64,000 bases of DNA from the NCBI GenBank assembly GCA_051362555.1, contig CM120643.1, positions 7,688,001 through 7,752,000 of the forward strand, written 5' to 3'. Source of the stretch: Lingula anatina. Its lineage: Eukaryota; Animalia; Brachiopoda. The translations under genes were made by a program, and so were the position numbers. This document shows positions 23,540-37,619 of this stretch, one piece after another. The stretch's first letter is position 1. Every line of letters starts with the position of its first letter. The notes beneath the pieces were generated by a model. That model worked only from the letters and a program-made list of their open reading frames with translations, was not told the origin of the DNA and did not search any database.

Positions 23540-26500
23540 ATGGAGTACGATGTTTGTTTACTTTTAAGAGCCATTTACTTCAGGAAAACACAGCATGTAG
23601 GAGGAAATCACTAAAAGTGGAGGGACTGAGGAAGGCTGATATCGGCGATTTTTTGGTCTACTTCAAAAGAACAAGTAGAAAAAAGGGGAAAAATCATCTA
23701 CCAGTTGGCAAGTAAGTCTAACGTACGTTTTACTTGTTGGTGTCAATTTGTAACCGTACACAGCAGGTAGAGTTACTACTACTAGTAAGTATAATGTACT
23801 ACTCAGAGTAGTGCCCACCAAAATCAAAAATGGGTCGAAATACTGTATGTCTACACTCTTCGGTGCAACAAATCACTTGAATTACCTGGACAGATGTTCA
23901 GTAAAGATACACACAGTTGCAGTAGAAATAAACATTTTCTGCACACTGATGCTGAGAATTGCCTTTAAATTTGGTGAATGGCAATTCTACATGTATATGT
24001 CTATTATTGATTTTAAGTTATTATTACTTAAGCAAGCCCTCTCTATCTGAAATGTTTGGAATTTCGTTGCTGAATATACAATGTTGCACACTACTAATGG
24101 ACATTTGATTGTTTAACTAATATGTTTTAATTTGATTCTTACTACAATGCACAGCCTAGGTTTTTTTTCATAGCCATGGTTAACTGTGGGAAGGAGTATA
24201 TTCAACATATGCTTATTTGTTCAATTGTCTTTAGTAATTCATCAGCTACTAGTAAGATCTATATTGTTTGACTTAAAAGGTGAGAAGAACTCTAATAACA
24301 AGCTGTAAATGCAGAGCCCTGGAATCATTATTTCAACACATGATAAAGATGAATTTTGCCCTTGTAGATAAAATTCACTTTTTGGGCTTGTAATAAAGAA
24401 CAAAATACATGTACATGTACCTAATATTTCATTGAAAACTGGCAAATCTCTGATGAAAATTATGTATTTTTACATCGTATGCATATATCAGTGGCGGATC
24501 CAGAAATATTTTCTGACAGTCTTCCAAATCATCTTTGTTGATCCATCCTCAATTTCTGACCGTCTTCCGACAGAGTAAAATTAGATACCCGTCCGTGTAA
24601 ATCTGAAAATCTGACCGTCTTCCGGAAGACCCAGAAGACGCCCTAAATCCGCCCCTGTATATATATATAAACAGACCTTCTTTAAGTTAATCATATAATC
24701 AGATATATTCCAAATTTAACTGTGTAGTAAGTACAAAATATACGTACGTGTATGGAGAGTTGTTGGTTTCCTTGTAAAGAAAGTCAAACAGAAATAGTCT
24801 CATAATAGGAAGAAGGGTTTGTCTCCAACTTTGTTATTAGGTAATTTCCTAATTACCTTTCAGCTTGCAGGCTTGTATCTATGGTCCTTACCAAGATAAT
24901 CATTAAGTTAAAAAATTAAATTGTTATTTAGCTCATTCTTTTTCTAAAGCACTGAAACAAGGATATTTAAGTAGGTCACCTGTTAGATTTTTTAACTTGA
25001 TTATATGGTCTTAACCATCTGTATGTCTGAAATCAAGTGAGTTTTTTTATCACAGGTGGACTGTTTTTAGTTTGAATATCTTGAAGAATTGATTTGATTA
25101 AAGGTACATATGTTTGTGTCACTTTGACTCCGTTAAAATGTCATTTTGGCTTAAGCTCAGAGCTAATCACCTGTCAGTTTTGGTCTGACATTATGAGAAC
25201 AATGAAATGACAACTCTCAGGTACAGCATAAGTTTATATCTTATCAGGAGATAACATCACCAGTTACAGTTGATTGTTCATAAACTGTCTTATTGCAGCA
25301 TTATTATCTGATAACTTTCACTTACTTTTTAACCAGCCTAATCAAGATGACTGACACTTTAACATGATGGCTTTAAAAAGGAAGAAAAAACTCCTCCTCA
25401 TATTGCCCAGCAGCTTTCAGAGAGGGAAAATGTCTTCAGGGTGCAGTATTTATTTTAATGTTCCTCAGACTGTGCATATTTGTGTAGCAACGTCTTTGTT
25501 ATTGTTGTAAATTGAAATATTTGGATGTAAATTTGTTATCATATAAGTAACTTTTTTCTCTTCAGGAGACCTTTATTATGTTGGCAAAGGTGACAAATCA
25601 AGCATTAGACAAAGAGTTATTTAGGATGTAGAGGATATGTCTGGTACAAGATGACACAGGATGTAAAAGAATATGTAAGTATGTCTGAGCAAAACAGGTG
25701 CACTTTGTTTTAAGCTCTTCTATATAAAGATCTTCAGGTACATTTCTTAATATGTATGTATTATCAGATACTTTTCTGATCAGAATAAGCCATATTAACT
25801 TATTGTACTTAATACACATGGAAATTCAAACATTAGCTTTTTGCTTTAAAGAGTTTTCTTATATTTTTACTCCCTGATGATGGTGACTGACAGTCACAGA
25901 AATATTGGAGGTAATACCAACATATTTTATAAGCTCTTGATAAAAAGAATATCAATAATTTCAATTTATACATACAGAGATAATGAAACTGTTCTCTCAT
26001 TTTCTTATTATGTTCACTCCAGAGACAGAGTGTTTGTAAACTATTCAGATAGTGCCCATGTAACATCAGTAACTAATTTGTAGTAGTTTAGGAGTTTTCA
26101 GTGTACTTGTAGTTATATTATTTTTGCAAAATAATAGGAAGGATCACAATTGATATATGTCAGAAAAATTTATCTTGCAGATTTAAGCGTGTGATGCATG
26201 CCAAAGACAAAGTAAGATAAAGACTCAGAGCCCAGAGCTTAAGCCCATATCAGTCAGTGAGCCTCTGGAATTAGTTGGAATGGATCTCATAGGTATAGTA
26301 TCTATTGCTTTGAAGTTAGCAGAAATTTGTTTTCTCTCTTAGAAAGGAATATACTATATTAGGGTTGGGGATTTCAAGGGATCACTCAAGTTTTCAGTCA
26401 GTGTTTATTCAATGCATTGATCTTCACCAGTGTGCTACATATAGAGTAAATTGATTAAATGTATCAATAATCAATACGTATGTCATGTAATGTCAAAGGT

Positions 26501-27290
26501 TTATTAGAGCATCTGCACAAATGTTGGTAACATTCAAACTTTAAATTGTTGCATCTGGTTACCTCCACAAATGAAGCTGTTCATAATGTTTCAAAGTGGT
26601 TTAATAGCATTTGTACTTGAACCTTAGTCATACAAGTACAGGTGCTTATTTTGTAATATACTTCTCTTATGTATAGACATGGCATCCCTCACAAAACAAA
26701 GACTGAAAATGTCTCTTCTTGTATAGCATACGAGATAAAATTAAACAAACCTTTCCTTTACATTTTATTGTAGATGACTAGTTTGATTTTTCTGTTACCT
26801 ATTTAGTCTGTACATTTGGTTGCTTGTCTTGTAGCATTTACCAAGTTATCAGAATATAAATTTTTTTTTAATGTATCCCTGGAAATAGTAGCTTTATTTA
26901 CTTAATTACTGGTTAAATTAACAGAAACTACAAGCTTTGAAAAACCTTATTCAGGTATAAAGGAAATTTTAACTGTCTTACACTTTTTTCACTCTTATTT
27001 ACAGAATGCAGAAGCTATCCTTGAAGGAGCTGGACTGAACAGTATCGACAACACACACTGCGAGTGGTTTAGGGAATATGTTAGACAGAAAATTAGAAAG
27101 AGTGGAAGAAAGTCAGAGGATGAAGCCTGCGACATAGCATTCTGCCAAAATAAAGGATACCATCGTTGGATACAGTGTAGCACTTGCCAAAGTTGGCTAC
27201 ATATCATTTGTGCTGAAGTCAAATGTTCTAAAAAAAACACTTCGTAAAACCCAGTTTACATGCCCAATGTGCATTTCTGTACAAGGTTAG
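23540..27290 (+). pseudogene. Spliced Ginger/GIN-type (Gypsy-like) integrase gene with C-terminal PHD finger, internally deleted
   Basis: Exon 25566-25674 (DLYYVGK..., WYKMTQDVKEY) splices in phase to 26181-26292 (I*ACDACQRQSKIKTQSPELKPISVSEPLELVGMDLI), giving the integrase Zn finger and the start of rve. Exon 27005-27290 has CDIAFC...WIQCSTCQSWLHIICA...FTCPMC (PHD). A putative first exon lies at 23540-23710. Confidence 0.8.
24489..24657. mobile_element. Short hAT-like MITE (second copy at 51017-51172)
   Basis: TIRs cagtggcggatccag / ctaaatccgcccctg. The internal sequence is shared with the 51-kb copy. Confidence 0.8.
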
Positions 27291-28199
27291 CTGAAAATTG
27301 CATCTAAATTACTGGTTTAAAGTTTTCTCAACCCATAAATGCAATTTACATATATTTATATGACAGCGCTGAAATCTGATATAGTTTTTAAAATAGTTTT
27401 CGATGCAAACTGAGACTGAAATAAAAACTTAAAATTTTTTTAGAACATTTGATTTAGTGCATGCTACTAAAGTGTATTGATTTAATGAAAAAAATGATAA
27501 TCATCCACTTGCAGGGATCCCAGGGACCTACTATTTTGTCACTTATTTTAAATGTACATGACTTATTACAGTATGGTGAGAATAAATAAAATAAAAGTCT
27601 TGTAACTAAGACAACTTGTTTTAGCATATTTATTCATTGTATGTAACTTTTCTTCTAGACCAGCATTTGTTGGTCTAAATAATTGCATTGATAACCAGTA
27701 TACATTTTGTAAAAGGCTCTATAAAGAAGAATAATAAATGCTGAAAGCAAAAGGATGTTACAGTAACAAAAAAAAAAATTCATTTGTGAAAGCTTTCTAA
27801 ATAGCTATATGGAATGTTTCCAATAACCATTAAATGAATAAGGTATCAATTCTCAGAAAATAATGATAAGGTAAAAGAAAAAACTGAATGGAAACATATG
27901 TATACATCGTAGGATTCGTAGCAGTTATAGCTAATAATCTGTATGACAGTGAAATTAATTCATCAAAAAAAGTACTTCATATGAGTATATGTGATATTGA
28001 CCTTGTAAAGAACGCACTGCAATAGTTACATTATACAAAATATACAAATAAGAGAATAAAAAAGTGTATAAGAAATATAAGAAAATCAATCGGATGTGCT
28101 GTCCAAAACACTTCGTTCTCACAAATTCTGTCAACACTTGATGTTGGTTAATATGAGGCATCTAAACAACCTTCTCCACAACTTAATTTTCAATTGTCT

Positions 28200-28530
28200 C
28201 ACTGCCTTTTGGCAAACCTTATATACCTCAGGACTGAAGTGATATATGCACAACTTCCAACTGTCAAGAAACCTACTTTACACTGACAGTACCAGCCACT
28301 GGTGGGTCTAGCTTTTGCTACTGGAGGTCTGAATCCATGGGCTGTACTGGTGGCTAGATGTGTGCCTTGACTGTATTTTGGCTCGGATCCGATTCAATCA
28401 GGTGCATCTTTGCATATGCTGATTTCAAACTGGACACCTAGCAGATGCTAGTGGTCTCTCACTATTTACCAAGCCAAAAGGTTTTCACTGATGTCCTTGA
28501 CATCAGAAGCCATTTATAGCATTTTGGCCT
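28200..28530 (-). pseudogene. SWIM-containing C-terminus of an ISL2EU/Harbinger-like transposase
   Basis: RIRAKIQSRHTSSHQYSPWIQ...(frameshift)SGWYCQCKVGFLTVGSCAYITSVLRYIRFAK matches the QSRH...WYCxCKxGxRxVGxCAH pattern. Confidence 0.75.
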
Positions 28531-29262
28531 AAAAAAATACAGTGCTATTACAAATAGTGCTGGTGTTGAAGTTTAAGTCACAAGTACATGTAACAAAACT
28601 AGGGTGTGTGTGATAGAGCCTTTTATTTTATTTTTTATGCTAAATAGATGTAAAAGGGGTATTTACACAAAAATTTTAGTTGTAGAATATGTACTTTAAT
28701 CCCCATTAGGAGTGGGGTGGGTCAAGCCCACCCTATGTGCAAAGGGTCTCTATAGCACGAGTCTCTATATAAGTAGGGGCCACCACAATGTATGCCTGCT
28801 GTTAACATAATATAAATTTGGTTATCTGAAAAACATTTTACCTTTACTAATCCATAGAAATGAGAATAGAAATAGATTATACTAACTGTATTTAGACTCC
28901 ACTTCTCATCCATATTTTGCATTAATTTTTGATATTTCAAAATAAAAAAAAAAGAAAAAAAAAATCAGATTCACAATTTATTTTTCATGTACAAAGGTGG
29001 GCACTTTTACCCTCTTATCAGCACCTCATCCTTTATGGAAAAAGAAAACAAAACTAATTTTATAAAATTAATTATGGAAAAAAATGGGGGGGGGGGGATA
29101 AATTACTTTTTCGTGATGTTGACTATTGATTATAAACAAAAAATCTTCCTTGATGCGAGTCTAAACATATTGATGCCAAAAATTGGAATCATCAACTCGC
29201 AGGAGCAGCCCACCTCCCAGTCACAGTAAAATTCCAAAGCAGGACATGCACATGTCCCTGTT

Positions 29263-31243
29263 CTGGGCTCACGCTAGACGCTCGCAAAGTTCGCTATAGC
29301 GAATTGCATTTCAGAAATGCGAAAACAAAATGTTACTCGTTCGCAAATTTTGCGAAACTGTTAATACAATAAAATGTTAATCACCTTTCAGTGCGTTTGC
29401 TTTGGTTTTGCATTAAAAAATAGCAGTCACCACGCTTACATCGTTGTTTACATCGTTGCCTACGTCCAAGTGAAAGTGAATATATAGATGCCTCCGTTTC
29501 GTGCAGATAGACTAATTGAAAACGAGGCAACAATTTAGAGACGGTGCTCTGAGTCGTGTGATGTACATTCTAGCCTTGTAGGTGTGAAAAGAAAATCAAA
29601 ACGATTAAGAAAATAATAAACAAATAAATGTATGTATAATAATCATTCCACACCCATATGACTAACGGGATTAGGCAACCAAATTTTCAGTGCGGGATAG
29701 CCCGCACTAGCAGTCAGCACATGGCGCTCAAAATATGATCCGAGGAGAACGATGTGGCAATGCTTTCAAAGATTTTTGAAAAGGTAAGGTGATTTTTTAT
29801 CTGATACGTAAACGAAATTGTATTACATACAAAATTTAAGCTTTGGAATGTAAAATAAAAAGTGAATGAATAAGTTTCAGTAGTTGGAGCTTATTTTGCT
29901 GTAAGTTAGTTACTTTCAACAGTGAAAGGTTTATAATGGTCCACGTATTCTGTCTTCTAATTAGTTCCTGTCTTCGGGTGACTAATTGTCGTATAATCTT
30001 CTATTAATGAGAATTTTGGTAAATTTATTTTTCTTTAACAGTTTGTTGTACCCAAAGAAAAAATAATATTTTTCTTCTAAAAATGCTTACACGACCACGT
30101 GACGATCGATGCCGTGCGCACTAAGCAATGTTTAGCGACATAAGTGCGTTCTTGATTTATTTTTGTGTGGGGAACATAATGATTAAATCGATGAAATATT
30201 ATCATGATTGGAAAGTTAATAAAGCCATGTGTACAGTTTTGTACAATTAATATTTACTTTGCAGTTTCAGTTGCCTTTACATTTGTGATCGTGATGAATT
30301 TGAAGATTGACCATTTTTCATTGTCATCAAGTAGTAAGTTTTTCAAGGCACAGAAAAGGATTGCTTCTTCTAATAAGCAGTCCAGAATAGAATCATTTTT
30401 CACCACAGCTACTAGAATACCTCCAACAGAGCAGCCTTCTCAATACTATGAACCAGTACATGTAGGTGGGCCACTTCTAGACTTACCTGATGACCTTGTG
30501 ACAATTACCAACATGGAGTCTAGTTGCACATTAGAACTTGAAATCATTTTTGTGTAATTTCAACATTAATGCTATAGATGAATTACAGTGCTATTATCCT
30601 CCAACTCGATGTGATTATTCGTATCATGTTAATACAACTAGATTAAAAGTTTGAATGCAGCTGTATTGGAATATTTTTGTTGTTATCCTTTTATTTATTA
30701 TTATATTTTACTTTTCAAACACTGGCATCTTCAAGATGTGACATTTAACTCCCATCACCCTGAAGCTCTGTACCTTTTCTGTATTTTTTTTTTTTCAGAT
30801 TACTTGCAATGTGTTGAAATGAAATAGTGCAAAATGTTGGTTTTAAATTGTTGTTTTTGTGTAATAATTATATAATGCATATGCTGATGTAACCTGTGAA
30901 TAAAGTGACATATAAACTCGGTCTTTCTTTGACTGTTATTAAGACCTGTTGGCTACAACAGTATAAACTTGATTCTTGGTTTCTACCTAATATTGCTAAG
31001 GCATGCATAAGCTTTTCTTAAAATATTATTTACATTAACTTACACATTTAGTCTGTTTTATAATTTAATTTTGCGTTTTAATGCTGTACAGTGTCTTCTT
31101 TCATGTATGTTAGCATAAAAACTGATGAGTGGTGGTATTTTTCGACTTTCAAATTTTGCTAATTGAAATTTGAAAATGCTAATAGAAATTTGTACCCTTT
31201 AGCAACTTTTGCTAATCAAAAATAATGACTAGAGTGAGCACAG
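29263..31243 (+). mobile_element. Non-autonomous hAT-like DNA transposon, 1981 bp, apparent 5-bp TSD
   Basis: TIRs ctgggctcacgctag / ctagagtgagcacag. CTGTT flanks both ends (29258-29262, 31244-31248). Subterminal gcgaa/gctaa repeats and an internal KQSRIESFF peptide are present. Confidence 0.7.
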
Positions 31244-33717
31244 CTGTTGATGTGCCTACTAACATTCAGATATTCAGTTTCAATTTCCTCAATCTAATGG
31301 TCTACAAGGGCAAACACACCCCATGATGAACGAGCAGGATATCATGATCCCAGACTCTGTCACATACAATATTAAGTACATTACTTTAATAAACATTATT
31401 TTAAGTATAATAAATATACACTGTTAAGAACAAACTGCAAATTCAAACATAATCTTTACAAATATCCATATCTTATAGTTGTTCATGTAAGATGTATAGC
31501 AAGTATTTATTGTTTACAATGTACTTCTACTGCAATTTCCTTCAGGTGGCTATATATCAACACACTAGCCTAGTAAAAATCAACACAATAAAACCCAATA
31601 AAACATGTAGTAGGCCAACAACTGAATAACGACGGCCTGTCCACGGTAGGTTCATCCATGCAATGCGTCGAAGTAATTTTCTATCAAAATTATCAATTAC
31701 AAACTCTGTATCAACACATGAATTTTACCTAGAAATACCCCCATTATAGTAAATATGTAATGAGGTAGGAAACGAACAGGCCAAATCAATGCACTAGCCA
31801 AGTATAACAGTGTAGGTGAATAACAACGGATCATTCACGGAACGGTTCATACACGCGACTGCTGCGTGTACAATCGGTCAGGACGGATGGTTCACGCAAA
31901 ACGGACCGTACACGTGACACCGGTACCAGATCGCTACAAAAAAGTACTCACCCTTCTGTCATCAAGAATGTCTTTGCATGCATTTAAAAGGATGCCAAAA
32001 CCGTGGAATGTCTTACTGCTTCAGATGAAACTTGAATGGTAGCTCATAAATATGTCTTGTCCTTGGTATAAAGCTATTTCATACAAACGTGTAAAAATGT
32101 TCCCGCTGCGCAGAACTAAGCCCGACTAAGTAGGTCAACGAAAACCCGCAGTGAATACTGGGTCACATCTCGGCACATCCGGTCACACGAAGCGCGCCGC
32201 AGTTTTACTCTGCGTCCAAGTTATTATATCTTTTGATTTTTTGTTTAGATATGATATTATTGATTATTGATTGAGAATAAATTATTACAAAAAGGTAATT
32301 ATAAATTCTTTTTTATTTTTATTTTATATGTTTTCTTTTTGCTTCAACCTTTGCTGGTTCTCAGCACTGCTACATGTAACACAACGTTCAATTTGAGCAA
32401 ATGGAGCATTTAATATCTCCTTATATAAAACCTTCGCATTTAGAGTAATTACCATTAAAAGTATAATAAACGTACTTGAAAGTATTCTAAAGTCAATTTT
32501 TGCCTGCACAGCAACTAGTAGGGCTACCTGTATTTTACTTTTATAGACTGCGCTAGAGACTAGTAGCCTAAGCTCATAGGCCTATTAGATGCGAGTTAAT
32601 TTATTTTTCAAAACGTCTAAATTTTTCACTCAGTTCCAAGAAGGCCTATATTTTCTCAATTCCTGGTAACGAAGCTTTTGCAAATTGTTTTTTAAGAGAA
32701 TGCAACTTTGTCGTGTTTCGTGTAAAACATATGACTGTGCCCTATTAACATATCGTCCAGCTAATCATGAGGGCCCGCTGGAAGGGGGAGGGGGGGAGTG
32801 ATTACAGTTCACGGCCACAGGAAATAAAATCATCAAATCACATAAATTAATAAAAACTTTATTAGTATCTCGTTGAAAATGCTAGTCTGGCGAGCTGAAA
32901 ATAACTATCATCGAGTATAATGACTTCGTTCCACTAAGGACGAAGGATAGAAACCCGCAATTCACGATTCACAGGAATGGGGTGCTTCACATCTCGGGGA
33001 ATGATAAGTGGGTGTTACGGGTAAGGAAAATACCCAACGGGGCTTTCAGTCATTGTCTCAACTAAAATGAAAATTTAATTGATGTCTAAAATATTTCAAA
33101 ACATTAAAGCAACTAAAATTAATGTTCTGGAACAAAAATACGCCATCTTTTAAAAGTAGCTGCAGGCTATTTATTGCGTTATTAAAGATAAAATTTCTAA
33201 ACATTTTCTGAGACTTTAGACATTATACTTGCTTCCAAACAAGTACCTTATTTTTCTACTTCATTGAAAATAAACTTAAAGGCAAATGTGAGATGGTGTT
33301 GCGAGCGTCAGTAACGAAGGTCTAAAAATGAGTCTGAATTTCGTGTTTGTTAAAAATATGATTAGCACAGGTGCTAAGCTAACTTATGCAGTGATTTTCG
33401 TGTGCATCGAAAGACTCACCAAAGGAAGAGCGAGAGAAACAAAATGTTATTATTATTATTAATCTACACAACGTACCTCCGACGGACCACCTCCGACCGT
33501 GTTGGGAGTTCGACCCCCTTGAGGACTCGGATGATAGCAGTCGTCAATACTGCTTTTACATAACGTAACAAACGCGATCGTCCTTTGCGCTCAAATCATA
33601 AACAGGAATATTTCTTTAAAAATTATTAAAGACATCTTTACATTTTATACATATCTGTGAATATCTAGTGAAAACTCCATCTGTGACTCTGGCTCTCTCT
33701 CACTCTCCGGCCATTCC

Positions 33718-33745
33718 TCTCTCTCTCTCTCTCTCTTCGGCTACC

Positions 33746-33783
<38 letters not shown>
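33718..33783. repeat. (CT)n and poly-C microsatellite
   Basis: Read directly from the sequence. Confidence 0.95.
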
Positions 33784-33786
<3 letters not shown>

Positions 33787-34723
33787 GTTGTCTCTGGCCG
33801 AATTCGCAATCAATTTATCCTCGGACCAGAATCAGATTACAAACCTCTTTTATGATAATTAATTGTTGAGACTGATAAATAAAACTGCATATTTTCATTC
33901 GACCGCATTTTCCGTATCTTTACGGAAAAAAAAAATATATATATATATATAGGCCTATTGATAACGCATCCATAAAGGTTAACTCTGAAAGTACCTTGTA
34001 AATGCATTGCAGGACTATGTGAAAACGGCATACACGGCATACACTACACACACACGCACGCACACGCACATACACACACACGCACCTGTAGGCTCATCGT
34101 CGAAGAGGGGGAGAGCCAAATTCAATCACTGAAGTTGTGCATCGGTTCACTAAGTAAATCATCATAAAATAAACGAATCAGAACAAAATTATAATAAAGC
34201 GCGGAATGTGCAGACCAGCATCATCTACAACTGTGGGTTTGGATACAAAACTGCTCTTCCCCGTTGCCAACGCTCTCAATTCAGTTCTATCTTTTAAAAT
34301 AAAATGTTTTATTGTATATAAAAAAACATGTATAAAACAACATACTTCGGTCAATAATCTAGCAGTGTGTAATACTGTGCATGAACCCAAATATGTTGTA
34401 GATGTAGCATTATCAAAATAGAAATACCATATCTTCTTGAACATGAAAAGTCACATTAGAATTCTCCCCCCCCCCCCCCCATCCCACCAATACGCCCCAT
34501 TTCTATTGATACCATACAAACTCAGCGTGTGAAGGAGTGTGAAAACTAAAGTAGATCAAATGTTCGCGGATAGGATATGCCATGTAAGGATTCATAGGGG
34601 AGATAGGTAATCTCCTTTTGCTCTTTTTTTTAACCTGTCAATTTTGAGATGAAATACAGTGAATCGGTGTCTCTCATTGCACTTAGTCAATATAAATTCA
34701 AATATGTGATAGATACAATACGA

Positions 34724-34813
34724 GTCGCCGAGCTGTACGTGAAATATTACGAGTGTATTGGCGAGCCGCAGGCGAGACAATACACGAGTAATTTTCACGT
34801 ACAGCTCGACGAC
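34724..34813. repeat. Imperfect 90-bp hairpin, probably the core of a small non-autonomous element
   Basis: gtcgccgagctgtacgtgaaa.attac..gtgtattg pairs with caatacac..gtaattttcacgtacagctcgacgac around gcgagccgcaggcgag. Confidence 0.8.
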
Positions 34814-36982
34814 GAGTGTTGTATCTGGCTTAAACCACGGCCTCTGATTGGCTACTACACTAGTAGTGCAACAGACCGTGGAACGCACTCGTACATGACG
34901 TGCTTGTATGTCGCATACAGCACGGCCGAGTCTTTTGTTCTACGCGCTAGCCGTGGTTTAAGTAAAAAGCATCTTTCCTTTATCACGTAATTCGTCAGAG
35001 GTAATAAATACAGCATTTCCCTAGAAAACCTTTACCCCCTCTTGTGAATGCAATGTGCCGTTTGCAGAGCTCGGCGTCTGCTACCTCGCTGGATGCTTCG
35101 CGGTTCCCGGGAAGTGAACAGTTAATGCGGTCTGAAAATTTTTAGGGAGAGTCAGATGAAAATTTAGAGGGACCGTGGCATCTATAAAATTCTACATGAT
35201 GAAGCTGGAAAAGTGGACTAGTTTTACTCTTTTCTTTCAAAGTTTGCAATATACTCTGACTTTCAGAAACCCCATGTAACAAAATATTTTGTTGGTATCT
35301 TGATACATCTCCCACTTGTGTCTCCCCCCTAAAACGGTCCACACTAAAAAATCAATAATCGTATGGCAATTTTATCCAGGCAATTGACCTACTTTTTTAC
35401 CCATGCAGCTATTGTCGAGTTTTATGGCTGTGGAGTGAAAACGTGATACACGTCTGTGATATAAAAATTATTTCTAATTACATAATTTACAAACAGTGCA
35501 TGTGGTTTAAAGGTGTCCAGATTTGTGAGCGAAAGATGACATTGCTTTTTGAAAATAATGTAAAATTGGAGATCGGCAAAAATCAAGAAAAATGCATTTT
35601 TTCTCTTATATGCAAATTAGGTTCCTTGAAGTAATATAAGACTGGCCGGAAGTGATGTTCAGAGATTTGTAACGATGATGATCTTGATGGCCTTGATGAT
35701 CTTAATGGTGGTTCAAAAAAATTATCAAAGTTTTCACTTGTCAACTGGTGAGAAAAAAAAAATTCTGCACTAACACAATCATTCCACGAGTGAAAAATAA
35801 TTAGTAAACGCGACTCAGAGATGTGCTGCAGACGTCACGGCTTTTGGGCGAAAATCACACGCGACATTTCGTCATAATTATTTGATATAGGTAAAAAAAA
35901 ACTGTGATTGAAAATGGATATCGGCAAAGCATTAAAATTTTGACAGCATTATTATTTATTTGTGTTCGACAAGGATGAATTCAATTAGAATACCCTCTCT
36001 CTCTTTTTAAGCGAATATAAAGGAGAAAGCCGAGCGAAAAAATAATGCGCATAACAGTCAAAAACAGTAAAAGAAAATCAGAGTTAAAAATCTTGTTGGT
36101 CACTACAGTTCCTCTTCATAGAGGATCACAGACAAAATTTTAAGGCAACTTGTAGCCTTTTCAATTGATGTTGTAAAGTAAATGACTTACACTTTCACTA
36201 ACTGCAGATAAAGATTATAACGGAATCAAACAAGTTAAAGGATAGAGAGTTATTGAGTGTTGCGCAGACAGACAACTCACAACGTAAATAACAACAACAA
36301 CAATCTACACGCAATATGGTAACGTGCATATCGGTAACGCAGTGGCGGATTTAGAGGTTTCTGAAAAAAATATCGCACCAATATTCCCCTCTTGAAATTA
36401 GAATTTTGTCTAACCTTTGTATATTTTTAATTGGAAAATCTACTTATTGATATTATTCCATTTTTTCACAAAAATTATTTGTTTTTCTAAAAATTAAAGT
36501 GAAAGGGAAAAGATAAGAAGGAGAAAAAGGGCAACAATTGAACATACATATTTTCCCTCAAAATATCCTTTATTACAGTGAAATAATGAAGAACATACAT
36601 ACTATTGGCATGCATGTACCAAAAACAAAAAGACTTTTACTAGTATCTAAAAATGAAAATCAATATATCTTCAAACATAAAGAACAATGCACCGCCTCCA
36701 AAAGAATTAACAAAATTTCAAGTATGGCATTACAGTATGGACAGACCTCTATTCAAACAAATAAAAAATACATCAATAGAACAATTTTGAATATCTAATT
36801 TCTTTGATCTGAAAACATGTGGTAAAGGAACGAATCTGACAAACTACACTGATATAATTTTATTCCCTTTTCTTATTCTTTATTTCACAATACACGCTAA
36901 CAGATTTACCATCATTTTAATATAAACAACTAACAAAATTGTAAGATGCAGAAAATGTCAAAAGAACATGTTTACATATGCA

Positions 36983-37249
36983 ACTAAAAAAGCACTAGGA
37001 GAGCGCAGACCTCTGCCAGCAAAGTCTCCACCCAATGCCCTTTCACCTCTAAATTTTCATTTTATAATGATTAAGTTTTTTTATTTTTGATTATTAATTG
37101 ATCCAGATCACCACCAAAAACTATTCATCTGTTCTTTGGCCCACTTCTGACAGTTTCTGAGAATTTATCAAAATTGGTCCATAGCTTTTTGAGTTATGTG
37201 GATGACAGACAAACAGGGGTGAAAACATAACCTCCTTGGCAGAGGTAAT
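36983..37249 (-). mobile_element. Short HINE-type element
   Basis: The minus strand begins attacctctgccaaggaggttatgttttcacccctgtttgtctgtc and ends tggcagaggtctgcgctctcctagtgct. The subTIR is acctctgcca/tggcagaggt. Confidence 0.75.
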
Positions 37250-37619
37250 TAGTTCAATAATGAGACGGTTAACATGCCAAAGAATTGAAAATAGCATAGG
37301 TGACAGCAATGTACAGACATGGCTGAAAATAAAAATCATATTTAAGTGAATGTTGCAATGGTGTGGGACAAATTTTCTTCCAGCCTTCTTAAAGCTTTTA
37401 TATTTGTATAACATTAATAAAATTTCCATCTGAAGACGTCTATACAAATGTCACATGACATACAGTTCAGAGCCAGAAGGAAAAAGCATTATTATGTCTT
37501 GTATATTGTAAAATTAAAATTTATCTTCTACCCTTTTCTGAACCAAAACAAAAGTTCTTGGAATGTTGAGTACACCAAGCAAGCCAACACAGCTGTATTT
37601 CTAGGATAATAGATTTTAA

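Noticed and set aside
33276-35900. Kolobok-like elements starting at TTAA-AGG (33276, 35506)
   Set aside because: No matching right TIR or second TTAA could be identified.
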